DNA of 64,000 nucleotides from the human T2T-CHM13v2.0 reference genome, Homo sapiens (GCF_009914755.1 NC_060927.1), one strand, 5' to 3'; numbered from the stretch's first letter, positions 26,011 through 40,079 are shown. The notes: generated by a model not told the origin, from the sequence alone. Translations and numbers: made by a program.

Positions 26011-27449
26011 TGTAGGTGATTAGGGGAAACTTCTTTGCCCTCTGAAGGTTCCTCACAGGTAGCAGGACACAGAGAGAATAGATGGTAAATATTTCTTTCA
26101 GGCTTTATTTTGTTTTTTTTAATTGTAAAAAATAACTTTAGAATATTATTTCACTTAGATTTGCATGGTTGCAAGACTTATTTTTATTTCATTTTATTTT
26201 TAACTTTTGTTTTAGATTCTGGGATACATGTATGTGCAGGTTTGTTATATAGGTAAATTAAATGTTGTAGGGGTTTTTTGTGTGCACAAAATGTGTGCAG
26301 GTTATTTTGCCACCCAAGTAATAAGTAGAGTCCTGTACTGGTAATTTTTCAATCCTCACCATCAAATAGGCCCCAGTGTCTGTCGTTCCCTTCTTTGGGT
26401 CTATATGTAGTTGATGTTTAGCTCCCACTTATAAGTCAGGACATGCAGTATTTGGTTTTTCTCTCCTTGTGTTAGTTTGCTTAAGGTAATGGCCTCCAGT
26501 TCCATGCATATTGCTGCAAAGGATATGACCTTGTTCTTTTTTGTGGTTGCATACCATTCTATTACTTATGTTTACCACGTTTTTTAAATCCAGTTTACCA
26601 TTGGTAGACATTTAGGTTGATTCCATGTCTTTGCTACTGCGAATAGTGCTTGTGATGAACCTATGCATGCATGTGTCCTTAGGGGAGAGCGATTTATATT
26701 CCTTTGGGTATATACCCAATAATGGGATTGCTGGGTCAAATGGTAATTCTAAGTTCTTTGAGAAATCACCAAACTGCTTTCCACAGTGGCTGAATTAATT
26801 TACATGCCTGCCAGCAGCATATAAGCGTTCCCTTTTCTCCACAACCTCACCAGCATGTTAATTTTTTGACTTTTTAATAATAGCCATACTGACATTTTAG
26901 CCATACTGACTGGTATGAGATGGTACCACACTGTGGTTTTGACTTGCATTCCTCTAATGATCAGTGATGTTGAGCATTTTTTCATATGCTTGTTGGCCAC
27001 ATGTATGTCTTCTTTTGGAAATGTCTGCTCATGTTCTTTGCTCACTTTTTAATGGGTTTGTTAGTTTCTTGTAAATTTGTTTAAGTTCCTTATAGATTCT
27101 GAATATTAGACCTTTGTCAGACACATTGTTTGGCCAAGGGAAAATTTCTCCTTTGCCCTTTGAAGGTTTCTCACAGGTAGCAGCCCTTAGAGAGAATAGA
27201 TGGTAAATGTTTCTTTCAGAGTTTTAAAGGTGTCAGACTCTCAGCCTCTCAGTTCATCTTCTCTAGATCCAGACAAGAGAGAACCTTAGAGAAAGGCCGG
27301 CTGTGTCAACACAGATTTTCTCTACAGATGGAAATCTCCTCCACAACAGGCAGCTCCGTAGGACTACTCTGTCTGCAATCCCTGTGAACATCCGTCTCAA
27401 AATATGTCAAAGAAGTATATTTTGGGATAAAATATTTTGGTTTCCTTCA
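26011..27449 (-). mobile_element. Internally deleted ERV1 solo LTR (MER39/LTR49-like), split by an L1
   Basis: Ends TGTAGG... and ...AAATATTTTGGTTTCCTTCA; TSD ATAG/ACAG. Confidence 0.7.
26178..27132 (-). mobile_element. 5'-truncated older L1PA/L1PB 3' end
   Basis: TACATGT...GTGCAGGTTTGTTATATAGGTAAA 3' UTR; minus [20 protein letters not shown] matches the ORF2 C-terminus. Confidence 0.9.
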
Positions 27450-28898
27450 ACAGAATTTACAAAATTCTTGGGTGCCAACAGTTTCTTTCTTCTGTAATAA
27501 AGTAGCAGTTCAATATGAAATTTCATCAGACTATTTCTCTTTATTAACAACCTCTTGAAAATTATTTGCAGAATCTGCATTTTTGGTCATATTTTTTGAA
27601 GTTCCACCTCTTTCAAGATTGATAAAAACATATGTTTATCTTCCAGAACGAAGCCTATGTTAAGGCGAGGTTCAGGACAGATTCCTTTGAAAAATGTTTC
27701 TCGAGAACTTACAAGACAAAAAAAAAAGAAGTACTAATTGCAAAAAACTGAAAGCAATTACCTAAAGCTTAAATGGTGATAGGTAAGATGAAAATCCTCT
27801 GTCCCCGAGAAGGACCACAAACATATATAAAATTATCAAAGAGGCTCAAGCTTGTTAACTTGTTAATAATAATTTGTAGAGGGCCATCCGCCCTAATCTG
27901 TCTCCCTCACAAATGGGCTATAGCAGCCTTCTGCTCTGGAAAACATATTTTCCTATATGCCCCATCCACTGAGGGGCTTTCTCAAGCAGCAAAGGTGCTT
28001 GAACTATACCTATTGGAATCATTGAGATGATTTGTTTTCACTGAAACTGTGTTTTCTTTTTCTTTTTTTTGTTTTTTTTGCTCCAAGATTGTTGCTGATG
28101 ATTAATCTTTACAAATTTTATGTCAGGAGAGCTTGGCAAATGTAGTGCCATTTTCAAATGACTAAAAAACATAAAATTCACTTTTATTAATGATATTTTT
28201 AAAGGACTCTGGATTCAAATTATTGGAATATTTCATGTTGACGTTTAAAAATAATTTGGCTCACAAATAAACTTTTTAACCTAAAGACTTTTAAAAAATC
28301 AGATGACTGATTGTGAAAATTAGTATCAAAATGTATGATATGTAAAATAGACTATCTGATTTCAGAATTCACACAGAAATTCAATGGGCCAAAAATTGCC
28401 CAGATAATCTTGAAGAACAAAATTGGAGTGTTTATCCTATCAAGTGTCAATTCTGGAGCAGAATTGACAGTCCAAAATGATCCACAGAGATATGTTTACC
28501 TAATTCATCACAAATAATATGTGAGAGCACTAAAGTGAGAAAGCGATGGTCTTAGTAACAAATTCTATTTGAACTATCAGATATCCATGTGAGGGAAAAT
28601 AGATGTTGGCACCTAGATGACACAGAAAGCAATTCCATATGGATTATAAATGGTATATGTTTAGCTTTGTGAAAGTAAAACAATAAAGCTTTTGGAAAAT
28701 AGCATAAAAAGACATCTCTTAAGTTTGGGATGAGCAGAGATTATCTTAAACAGGCAACAAAAACATTAAATGCAAAGAATACAAAGGTTAAGTTTAGCAT
28801 AAACCTGCCTCCCTACGTATTTTAAGTTCAGACTAAAGGTTTCACCATACATAGTGAACTATAACCTAACTGGATGTGTAAACTGACCATCACCTAAT

Positions 28899-28943
28899 CT
28901 TTGTTTTTTCAACTTTTAAGCTCAGGAGTACATGTGCAGGATG
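28899..28943 (-). mobile_element. ~45-bp L1 3'-terminal insertion
   Basis: TTTTTTCAACTTTTAAGCTCAGGAGTACATGTGCAGGATG is the reverse complement of an L1PA 3' end; the flanks are similar (GACCATCACCT / GACTGTCACCT). Confidence 0.7.
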
Positions 28944-29111
28944 GACTGTCACCTCCTGTAGTACCAATTACAGTCTCAACCAATCACAGCAGCCAATTGC
29001 TCAAACTGTGTTCAAATAAGGCAAACACCCAGCCATAACCAATCCAACTGTCTGTACCTAACTTATGTTTTCTGTATATCATGTTCCTTTTTCTGTTCAT
29101 AAATATTTTCT

Positions 29112-29446
<335 letters not shown>

Positions 29447-30764
29447 CTATTCTGGCTCTGGGAGCTGCCTGATTTGCTAATGGGTTTTTGCTCAGATAAA
29501 CTCTGTTAAGTTTAAAGGTTTTCTTTTAACACAAATGATAAGTTGCACTTTATTAGAAATAAGGACTTTTTCATCAGAAGGCACTATTAAGATATTAAAA
29601 AATAAAGCCACAAAATGAAAGAAAATGTTTTCATCTCATATTTCTAATGAAGGATTTCTATGCATAATATATAAAGAATTTCTACAAAACACTAAGAAGA
29701 GATGAAGTAGTTAAACACAAATGGAAGAAGCACTTCAAAAAAAGAACATATTTATATATATATATGGTCAGAGAACTTTTGAGAAAATAACCTAAATAAC
29801 TGACTAGAAAAAGAATAGTCTCTTTGATAAGTGGTGCTAAAACAAGTGAACATCTATATGCAAAAAAATCAAATTTTATCTTATATGATATAAAGGAAAT
29901 TAACTCCAAATGTTAATGACTTCATTAAAACCTAATTATTAGAGTTTTGGAAAAAAAATCCAACATTTCTAACCTTGGATTCAGCAAAACTTTCTTAGAT
30001 AAATCTCTCAAAACATAAGTCATAAAAGATAAATTTCAGAAATTAGATTCCATAAAAATTTAAAACTTCTCTTCGAAAAACACTTATAAATATGTAAAGA
30101 CAAGCCACAAAGTGGGAAAAAGTATTTATAAGACACATATCTCTATCCAGGACATATAAAGAACTCTTACATGCCAATAGTAAAAAGGCAAACTTAATTA
30201 AAAAATATGGGCAAAATGTGTGACAAAAGAAGATACATGGATGACAAATAAGCATATGAAAAGTTTTGCAACATCAAAATCATTAGGGAAACGTTAATTA
30301 AATAAAACACCAATACAAACCTACTAGAACAAGTAACATTTAACAACTGCTGGCAGAATTGTACCCTGGTAAAATCCAGTTGGAAAACACTTTCTAGTAT
30401 GTACAAAAGCTCAACATATGTATATTACATAATTCATCAATTTCATTCCTAGGAGACATATATATATATGTCTTAAATAGTGTTGTTTTTTCAACTTTTA
30501 AGCTCAGGAGTACATATATATATGTCTATGTCTCCTAGGAATGAAATTCCTATATATCTATATATGTGCGTGTATATATATCTGTATGTGCATATAGATA
30601 CACATATATAAGAATTTTCATCTTAGCACTATTTTAATAGCCAGAAATTTGAAATAACTAAAAGCCCTAAAAGTCCATCAACAGTACCATGAATAAATAA
30701 ATGTTGTTATATTGAAACATGGAATGTGACACAGCAGTAAAAAGAAAGAACTAAAAGCTGCATT

Positions 30765-31490
30765 TGATACAGGCAAGAGGCAGGGAGATACTGGGTAGAA
30801 GAGGGCGGTTCCCTGACAAAGGCCCCACCCTCAAGCCTGGAAACCCATGGCCCCTAAATCAGAACAGGCATTCCTGTTTCATGCCCAGATGTTGCCTTTC
30901 AGCCTGCCATGCCACCCTGCTCAATAGCCATATAAATTCCAAACCCCCGGCTCCATGAGCAGAAGATAAGAAGAGCAGAGGAGCAGAAGAGCAGTGCATC
31001 AGAGAAGGAGAGAAGAGAAGGGGCATCTGAATGTCACAGACTGTCAGAGAGGAGATCGGCCACTGGATGGCCACACTCCAGGGAAAGATCATGTTCCCAC
31101 TCCATCCCCTTTCCAGCTTCCCATCCAACCCGCTGAGAGTCACCTCTATCCAGCGATAAAATCCCAGCATCCACCATCCTTCAAGTCCGTTTGTGACCTG
31201 ATTCTTCCCAGATGCTGGACAAACACCTGGGTACCAAGAAGGCACTAAGCTGGTTAACACTTAAGCCGTCTAAAGAGCACTGTAACACAACCACTGGGGC
31301 TTTGGGAGTTGCAGGCACCCACCCTTAGATGCTACCATAAGGCTGGAGCCCAAAAGTACTCACCCTATCTCCTGCACTTGTCTGTCTGGGTGCTCCCCCT
31401 CCCATGAGGGGCATTGAGCGCATGGCGGCCAGACAAGCCACACCCTTGTCGCATGTCCTTCCACAGGGGTTAGGGAACTCTCCCGTTTCA
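30765..31490 (+). mobile_element. MER50-family solo LTR
   Basis: TGATACAGG...GGGAACTCTCCCGTTTCA; perfect TSD CATT/CATT. Confidence 0.85.
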
Positions 31491-32449
31491 CATTCAACAA
31501 TATAGATAGACCCTGGAGATATAATATTGAGTAAAAGTCAGACTCAAAAGAGTATATCCATAAAATTCCATTTGTTTAAAGCTTTAAACAGGTAGAAAGA
31601 ATGTACATGAAAGAAGTCAAAATAGTGGTTAATTTTAGAAGTCGGGATAATAACTAGGAGTCTTCTGGGGTATTAATAATGTAATTTATATCTTGTGTCT
31701 ACATGGTTGTATTCAATTCATAAAATATATTAATTGGACACAGTGATCTTTTCACTTTTCTAATTAAAAGCTTATTTTGTATATATATTTTATATTTTAT
31801 ATACATATTTTTTTACTTCCAATTAAAAGTTGTTTATTATATTCCAATTAAAAAGTGTATTTTTAAAAATTACTAATTAACAAAATCTAATTTAGAAGTA
31901 TGTCACTTTTTGTTTCTTCCTCTCTCTTTTGAAAGGTAATAAATTTTGCTTTTAATTAAGTATCAATAGCCATATATACAAGTACATAATATTGAGCTAA
32001 GTTATCTGGAGACATACCATAACATTCATCTATTTTTAAGTCTAGCAAAGGATAGTGTAATGAATCTTCAAGAACTCTAGTTTTCTTTGTCCTATGCTTT
32101 ATATTAAAATATATTTTAATGAGGTATATAATTTTTTAATTAATTCATATACTTGAATAGGTTTCAGATAAGCTAATTCTGTGTTCTAGATGGTCATATT
32201 TTTTCATGGATGATCACTTTTAGTATAAAAGGCACTATTATTTACAATTTTATATGACCAAATTTTACTCATCAGCTACAGTCTAGCCATACAGGTCTCA
32301 ACCTGAAAATAGTTTGGTTCTTAGAGAAAATAAAATTCCCCAAATCAAACTACTTTTGACTTAGTTATTTGTAACTTGTTATTCTTTTCAAAATTGCTAA
32401 ATATTGTTATTTGCCTTAATGTAATAGAAAAACAAACAAACAGAAAACC

Positions 32450-32570
32450 GAATGTATTCTGAGTTAGGAGACCTGAGTTCCAGTGTGATCTGTGTTTCCG
32501 GGTGAACTTGGAGGAGGCGTTTACATTCCCATGTGTCACTTGGCTCATTTGTAAACATGAGAGTGGTGGA
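32450..32570 (+). mobile_element. MIR fragment
   Basis: GAGTTAGGAGACCTGAGTTCCAG ... CTCATTTGTAAA. Confidence 0.55.
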
Positions 32571-33813
32571 TTTTATGTAAGATATTCCATAGCTTCAGTA
32601 AATATTGGTACAGACAGTTAAAGTTAGGTAAAATAGTAAAACTGATTTAAACATGACTACAGTGCCTGAGAAAATTTTTATGTATGAAACACTCACTCTT
32701 TAAGATGAAAAGATAAATTGCCACATACGAAAAAAGTATCAAAGCAAGACACCAAGACAGGAATCATGCCAGACAGTAAAACTGTTCATATTTATAAATT
32801 TTGAATCTAAAACATAACTTGTTATTTTAGGAATAAGCATGAGTATTTTTCATTTCTAAACTGTAGCTGCATACCTAAACACCCATCCTGAAATATTTTC
32901 CAAAAAATTATGCAACTCTTTCAAATTTCATTTCAATGTAGTACAAAGATTATATTATATAAACTCTATCTATAAAATGAACATTAAGAAAGATGAGTAC
33001 CTACAAAGAAATTGTAAAAGGCAGCTATAGGTCAGGATCTTACAGATTATGGCATTTAAGATATGAAATTGTGTCCAACTTTCTGGGATGAATTGAGTGA
33101 GAAAAAAGGGAATTAAAAAACCACAGCAAGTTCCTAAAAATGTTATAGATAGTCACAAAGACAAAATGAGAATTTTGGTAACCTTAAACCTAAACTGTTG
33201 TAATCTTCACCATATGACTTTGCCGATTCATTCTGATAAGAAAGTTCTGAGTCTCTGCTTTCAGAAGTGTCAGCTTCAACATTTGAGTGGCACTCCTGCT
33301 TAGCTCATGAAAAGATCACTTGAAGGCTAGCATTCACAGATAACCAATTACTCCACTTTATAACACTTGCAATGAGATAAACACTAGCTGAAACCTATAC
33401 AGCCATTTGATAGAACATCTTTTATCAAGTGATAGATGAGAATCATAAAATTATCTTTAGAAAACAAAATTCAAACCTTAATTTTCAGGTCGAGTTACAC
33501 CTCTTTCATAAAGCATTAACTGATGTTTCCAATTAGATATTCGCTCTCTTGTGTCAAACCCATAGTTCATTTGGACATTCTTATGATATTTGTCGTTATC
33601 ATTGTACTATAGTGATTTGTGAATTTTTGTTATCTGACCTTATCCCATCCCTAGTTATCTTGTTTGATCCTTAAGGACAAGAATCATCATTACTCTTCCT
33701 TAAATCTTTCACAGTGCTGCATAGTACCTACTCAATAGTATTAAGTGTTTCTTGCTTAAACAAATGGGTGAGTAAATAAATGTTCTGGTTGAAATAAAAC
33801 AAATAAAGGATGA

Positions 33814-34232
<419 letters not shown>

Positions 34233-36425
34233 TTAATCATTATTTTTTTTAAAACAACATAGCAACATGTCACTAATCTAGAGATAACATATGACACCAA
34301 CTACAAAGAACAGAGTTAGGAACCAGCATAAAAAGACCTCTAAACCAAGTAAAAGAGGTTTTGAAAGTTTTTTGAAACAGAAAGTATTGGTTTACATGAT
34401 TAAAAACGACAACAATAAAAAGCAAATCTTTAACGCATTATTCTACTAAGTTTAGCTACACAGCTATCATATTTATTTAATATGTAAAGGATCAAATGTA
34501 AAAAATGGACACAAGAGAAAGTCTGGAAAATTATAAAATACAGAGCTTCTGAGGACATTTGGTAGAATACATTATTTAGGAAGCCTTGCAACATTGGTGA
34601 ACAAATGGTGAAATTGTCCTTGGGGATGAGGAACAAGGCAATCAATTCTATTCAATACCATCATTACAAACTCAGAGAAATAAGAATTATATATTAGAAA
34701 GAATTGTATTATTTGTATAATGATTAATTTTGTAAGTTTGAAAAGTATGATTAGGTTCCATTTACTTGGAAGACCTTATTTCTTGGTAATTCCACTAAGG
34801 CCAATTCAACTAAAAGACACATTTTTGAACTCCTACTAAATGCCAGAAATTGCTTATAAGTTGCAAGTGTGATAGGAAATTTTAATAAATTCTGAAAGAT
34901 ATGTAATGAAAAACCCTCAATAAAGCCCATTTTTGTGAAATCACCTTAACAACGTGCATTATTCAAATATGCAAGTCAATTGAGGTACAAAATAAAATTC
35001 CATTGAATGTATTTGGAGGAAATGAAAAGACTTGAGATCTATAAATAGTCTGTTCTTCAAAAGGATAAGGGTTATAGCAAGTTTTCTGTAAGAATGACAT
35101 TCTATTCAAAAGCAATATAATGTTTTTGGCCCAGAAAGACCTGAAACAAAAACTCCAATATTAATATAATAATATACAGCCCCAGAATCACCTTTTTAAT
35201 CATAATCTGGCAAGAGGTATTTTTCCCTCATTTACAAAAGAGAAATAAAATCTCTGTTTCAAAACAAGAGCTGTAATAGAAAGAAGAGGGAGGATGACTT
35301 AAAAAGCCAAAGAAATTACACCTAAAAGATTACATGTATTTTTAAAGCTTTAAGGGTTTTTGAGCTTCATTTAGTCCAACCTCTTATTTTATAATTGAGA
35401 AAATGAGATTTGCTATTAATCAGCTTCAGATATAAACCTGAAACCCAGTTTTTTTTTACTGTCAGTTTACTTTGACAGGATCCCTTTCAAAACGTAAAAT
35501 ATATCAAATAAATTAAATAAAAACATTTGTTCTCACTTCAATGATGTGATACTTATATATATTCACAGATATTTATGAAAAAATCTAACGTATACCATCA
35601 GTTTGGTGTATCCAAGCATAAGGAAAGTAACAGTAAATTTTCTAATCTAGAATCTTGTCTACAGACCAAGTGAGCATTCTATTAAAACAAAGCAATTTAG
35701 TATAACAGGAAGAAATTACCTCTAAATGCTTCATTGTTCTTTCAAAGGTACTAAAGAATATTCCTAAAACCCACAGACACCCACAGAAAATTGATGAGTT
35801 AGCCTGATGTCTACAATATATTTTGTTGGCAGCCAAAGTAAAATAAAAATATATCTGAAAAACTACTTCACTTTAGTAATGTCAAACAAATTTTAAAAAA
35901 TTATTTGTATTATAAGACACTAGAGTAACTATAGACAAATTCATTGTACTTTAATGTTTTAAAATATAATATTAAATTTATTCAAGAATCTTTAAGAGTA
36001 AAACTATATTCTGTATTATTTTTAAATATTTAATGTACTATCATGAATATGATTAATTTAAATTCTGAAATTATTATACTCTGCTTTGAAAATAATTGAC
36101 CTCACACTTTAAATATGTGCTTATTGTTTAGAGAGAGATAGATGAGAAGACTTTGGACTTGAAAACGGTTTTGGACCTGAAAGCTTTGTCTGTAGCCCTA
36201 AAAGCTAGACCTAAATTCCACATATGTCATTGAATTTCTATGAAATTTGACAACTTAAATCACTGTAAAATTTGCTTTCTTGGTTTTCTCTTCTGCAAAA
36301 AGGAGATAATATCTTCAGGGGCATTGTAAACTTAAAATAAAAGTTGTCCATAAAAGTTTGTTGAAAAATAATACAACAGGTTTAAGTCTCTATTCTTTTT
36401 CAATATAAATTATTAGCTTATGTTA

Positions 36426-36735
<310 letters not shown>

Positions 36736-37074
36736 TTAATGTAGCTTTTAAGACTCTTTTAGTCAAAAAGTCCAGTTAGGCATACATAACAGAGAAGAGA
36801 GTCATAAATTGTTATATTACCATATTATTGAAAAACTCCTGCCATATGTTTTCATAAATTGAAGTTTAGTGATTCTAATTATGGACATAAAAACAGAAAA
36901 TACCTTAATTGAAATATAAAAGAATACTTGAAGTCTGTTTACTATTAACTTTATCTAAAATGATTTGACTCATGCTTTATTCACCAAATCTTGCATTTTT
37001 TTTCTAACACCACACATTTGGCAGTTTAAAACCCAACGGCTGGGCTTCTTGTGCGGCTCCATGAACATTTAGAT

Positions 37075-37535
37075 AAGAAATCAACTGTAACTCTTGTACA
37101 TTGCTGGAGTAAAAAGAAATTGGTTCAGCCACTTTGGAAAACTGTCTGCAAGTATCTACCAAAATTAAACATATGTCTTCCTTATGAGCCAGCAATTCCA
37201 CTCGTAAGTATATATCCAAGAGAAAGGAGGGCACATGTTCACCAAAAGACACGTCAAGAAATGTATTCATAGAAACAATATTCATGATTGCTCAAAACTC
37301 GAAACAGACTAAATGTTCATCATAAAAATAGACAATTGAGGTTCTAAAATGGAATACTACACTGCAATCAAGGAAGAACAAAATTCTGATACATGTAAAA
37401 ATGTGGATGAAGCTCACAGAAATTATCCTGGATAAAAGAAGCCAGTCACAAAAGCACCCATACTGTGTGATTCTATTTAGAGAAAGTTAAAAAAAAAAAA
37501 AAGCAAGCAAAACTCTCCTTGGTGATCGTAGTCAA
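37075..37535 (+). mobile_element. L1ME-like 3' fragment
   Basis: ORF segments LVQPLWKTV and PAIPLVSIYPRE resemble the ORF2 C-terminus. Confidence 0.75.
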
Positions 37536-37547
37536 AATTATTACTGC

Positions 37548-37760
37548 AATGGGATGCTGATGTATAAGAAAACCAAAGCATGTGGCATCACTGGTCTTGG
37601 CACTGGGCAGCAGACAGAAGGAAAAAGGGTCTTGAAGAAATTGTTAGTGATGGCTGGAAAGACAATGAAGACAATTTTATTGGAAATGAGAGAAAATGCA
37701 ATTTGATTTATGTACTGGCAAAGCAATTAGCAAAACTCTGGCCTGAAATAACATGGGCTG
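37548..37760 (+). mobile_element. MaLR (MLT1) internal-region fragment
   Basis: ACCAAAGCATGTGGC ... GGCAAAGCAATTAGCAAAACT resembles the MLT1-int 5' region. Confidence 0.5.
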
Positions 37761-38029
37761 TAGAGAGCGGTTGCATTAGTAGGGGTGGGGAGCGGGGGCT
37801 TAAAAGGAATAGTCTATATTTTTATAGAGGTATGGTTACCTTGGTGTAAACATTTATTACAACTGTATTGATGATCAGCACTTGCTGTTACAGATCATTT
37901 ATACTTCGATTAACAACAAGATAAAAATGTACTAAAAAGACAAAATTATCTTTAATGCATACTACTGGTATGTGTTATAGTTTAAAAGTTGTGTAAAAAC
38001 AAAGCATTTACAGTTTTTGCCATATGTTA

Positions 38030-38343
38030 TTGTTTTCTTTTTCTTTTTTTTTCTTTTTTGAGACACGGTCTCACCCTGTCACTCATGCTAGAGTGCAGTG
38101 GTGCGATCACAGCTCACCACAGTCTCAAAATCCCGGGGTCAAGCAATCCCCCGACCTCAGCCTCCTGAGTAGCTGGGACTACAGGTGAGCACCAACATGC
38201 CCAGCTAATTGATTTAATTTTTTTGTAGAAACAAGGTCTTGCTATGTTGCCCAGGCTGGTCTCAAACTCCTGGGCTCGAGCAATCCTCCTGCCTTTGCTT
38301 CCCAAAGTGTAGGGATTACAGGCATGACCCACTACACCCAGTC
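38030..38343 (-). mobile_element. AluJ
   Basis: Diverged dimer with J-type features (CTCCTGGGCTCGAGCAATCCTCC). Confidence 0.9.
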
Positions 38344-38924
38344 GTTAACATTTTCAAATAACATGAGACCCACAACAGCTCTAGTTCATAAAAATTACAT
38401 TGCGATTTTTCATTTATCTCAGTGTCGTGCCATCAACTCCTTGAATTATCCATGTTCTCTGTACTTTTTAAATAGTAGAATGCTGAGAAAGCTTGTGTCT
38501 GCAACAAATGTATGTGAATTATGTCAATAAAAACAATCATAAATAACTTCTTAGTCAAAATTTCTTGTCGTTATTTTAAGTTTGAGCTTTTTATGTAAAA
38601 CATCAAGATTTTACATCAAATTAAAAAGGCTGATGCAATCAAAGACATCAAAAAAGACTTCAAGTATCAGGGTATAGTGGATTGACAGATAATAATCTAG
38701 GCAAGGAAGTTAAGATAATTGGAAAACATCACATTAGACTTTGAAACATATATTGTGATGCACATGTACATGTGCAGTTTTTCATGTAGAAAGATGGCAC
38801 AAACGTCCTTCCATTAATAAGACCCTAAACTTGAATGGATTTTTATTTTTTTATGATCATTCTATGATCAAAATATACAGCCCAGATGTAGCTAATAACA
38901 GTATTCCCTATATTTCCTCTCCCC

Positions 38925-39230
38925 TTTTTTTTTTTTTTTTGAGATGGGGTCTCACTCTGTTACCCAGACTGCAGTGCAGTAGTGTGATCTTAGCTCTCAG
39001 CTTACTGCAGCCTTGACCTCCCTGGGCTCAAGTGATCCTTCTACCTCAGCCTCTCAAGTAGCTGGGACTACAGGCATGTGACACCATGCCCAGCTAATTT
39101 TTGTATTTTTTGTAGAGACAGGGTTTTGTCATGTTTCCCAGGCTGGTCTTGAACTCCCAGACTCAAGTGATCCATCCACCTTGGTCTCCCAAAGTGCTGG
39201 GATTACAGGCATGAGCCACCACACCAGGCC
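38925..39230 (-). mobile_element. AluJ
   Basis: Diverged dimer; TTCCCTATAT occurs at 38904 and 39231, a probable TSD. Confidence 0.9.
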
Positions 39231-39570
39231 TTCCCTATATATTTTTAAACAATATACATCTGAGCATTCTGAAGAGAGTTCTTTCCACCTGTTATGGGCT
39301 GAGTTGTGTCTCGCACCTGCAAATTCATATGTTGAAGCCTTAACACCTAGTACCTCAGAATGTGAACTGTATTTGGAAATAGGGTCATTAAGGCATAATT
39401 AAGTCCAAATGAGAGCATAAATGTGTCTGTAATTCACTATGATTGTGCCCTTATAAGAAGAGGAAATTAGGACACAGGCTTGTATATGTAAAGAGGAAAG
39501 TCCTTAGGAAGACACAAGAAGATGGCCAAACCAAGAAGAGAGGCCCCAGAGAAACGAAACCTGCCACCAC

Positions 39571-39936
39571 TGTCAGTTCTCTGAGCCCAAGCCTGCACGT
39601 ATACATCCAGATGGCCTGAAGCAAGTGAAGAATCATGAAAGAAGTGAAAATGTCCAGTTCCTGCCTTAACTGATGATGTTACCTTGTGAAATTCCTTCTC
39701 CTGGCTCAGAAGCTCCCCCACTGAACACCTTGTGACCCCCGCCCTTGCCTGCCAGAGAACAACCCCCTTTGACTGTAATTTTCCACTACCTACCCAAATC
39801 CTATAAAATGGCCCCACCCTTTCTCCCTTCACTGACTCTCTTTTCAGACTTAGACCGCCAGCACCCAGGTGATTAAAAAGTTTTATTCCTCACATGAAGC
39901 CTGTTTGGTGGTCTCTTCACATGGACGTGTGTGACA
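39571..39936 (+). promoter_or_regulatory. HERV-H 5' LTR (LTR7 family); TATA box at 39802-39808
   Basis: TGTCAG..CTCTGAGCCCAAGCC...GTGACA; about 90% identical to the 3' LTR by manual alignment. Confidence 0.93.
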
Positions 39937-39938
39937 TT

Positions 39939-39956
39939 TGGTGCCGTGACTCGGAT
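39939..39956 (+). other. Primer-binding site complementary to tRNA-His
   Basis: TGGTGCCGTGACTCGGAT is the reverse complement of the 18-nt 3' end of tRNA-His(GUG). Confidence 0.93.
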
Positions 39957-40079
39957 CGGGGAACCTCCCTTGGGAGATCAATCCCCTGTCCTCCTGCTCT
40001 TTGCTCCATGAGAAAGATCCACCTATGACCTCAGGTCCTCAGAACAACCAGCCCAAGGAACATCTCACCAATTTTAAAT

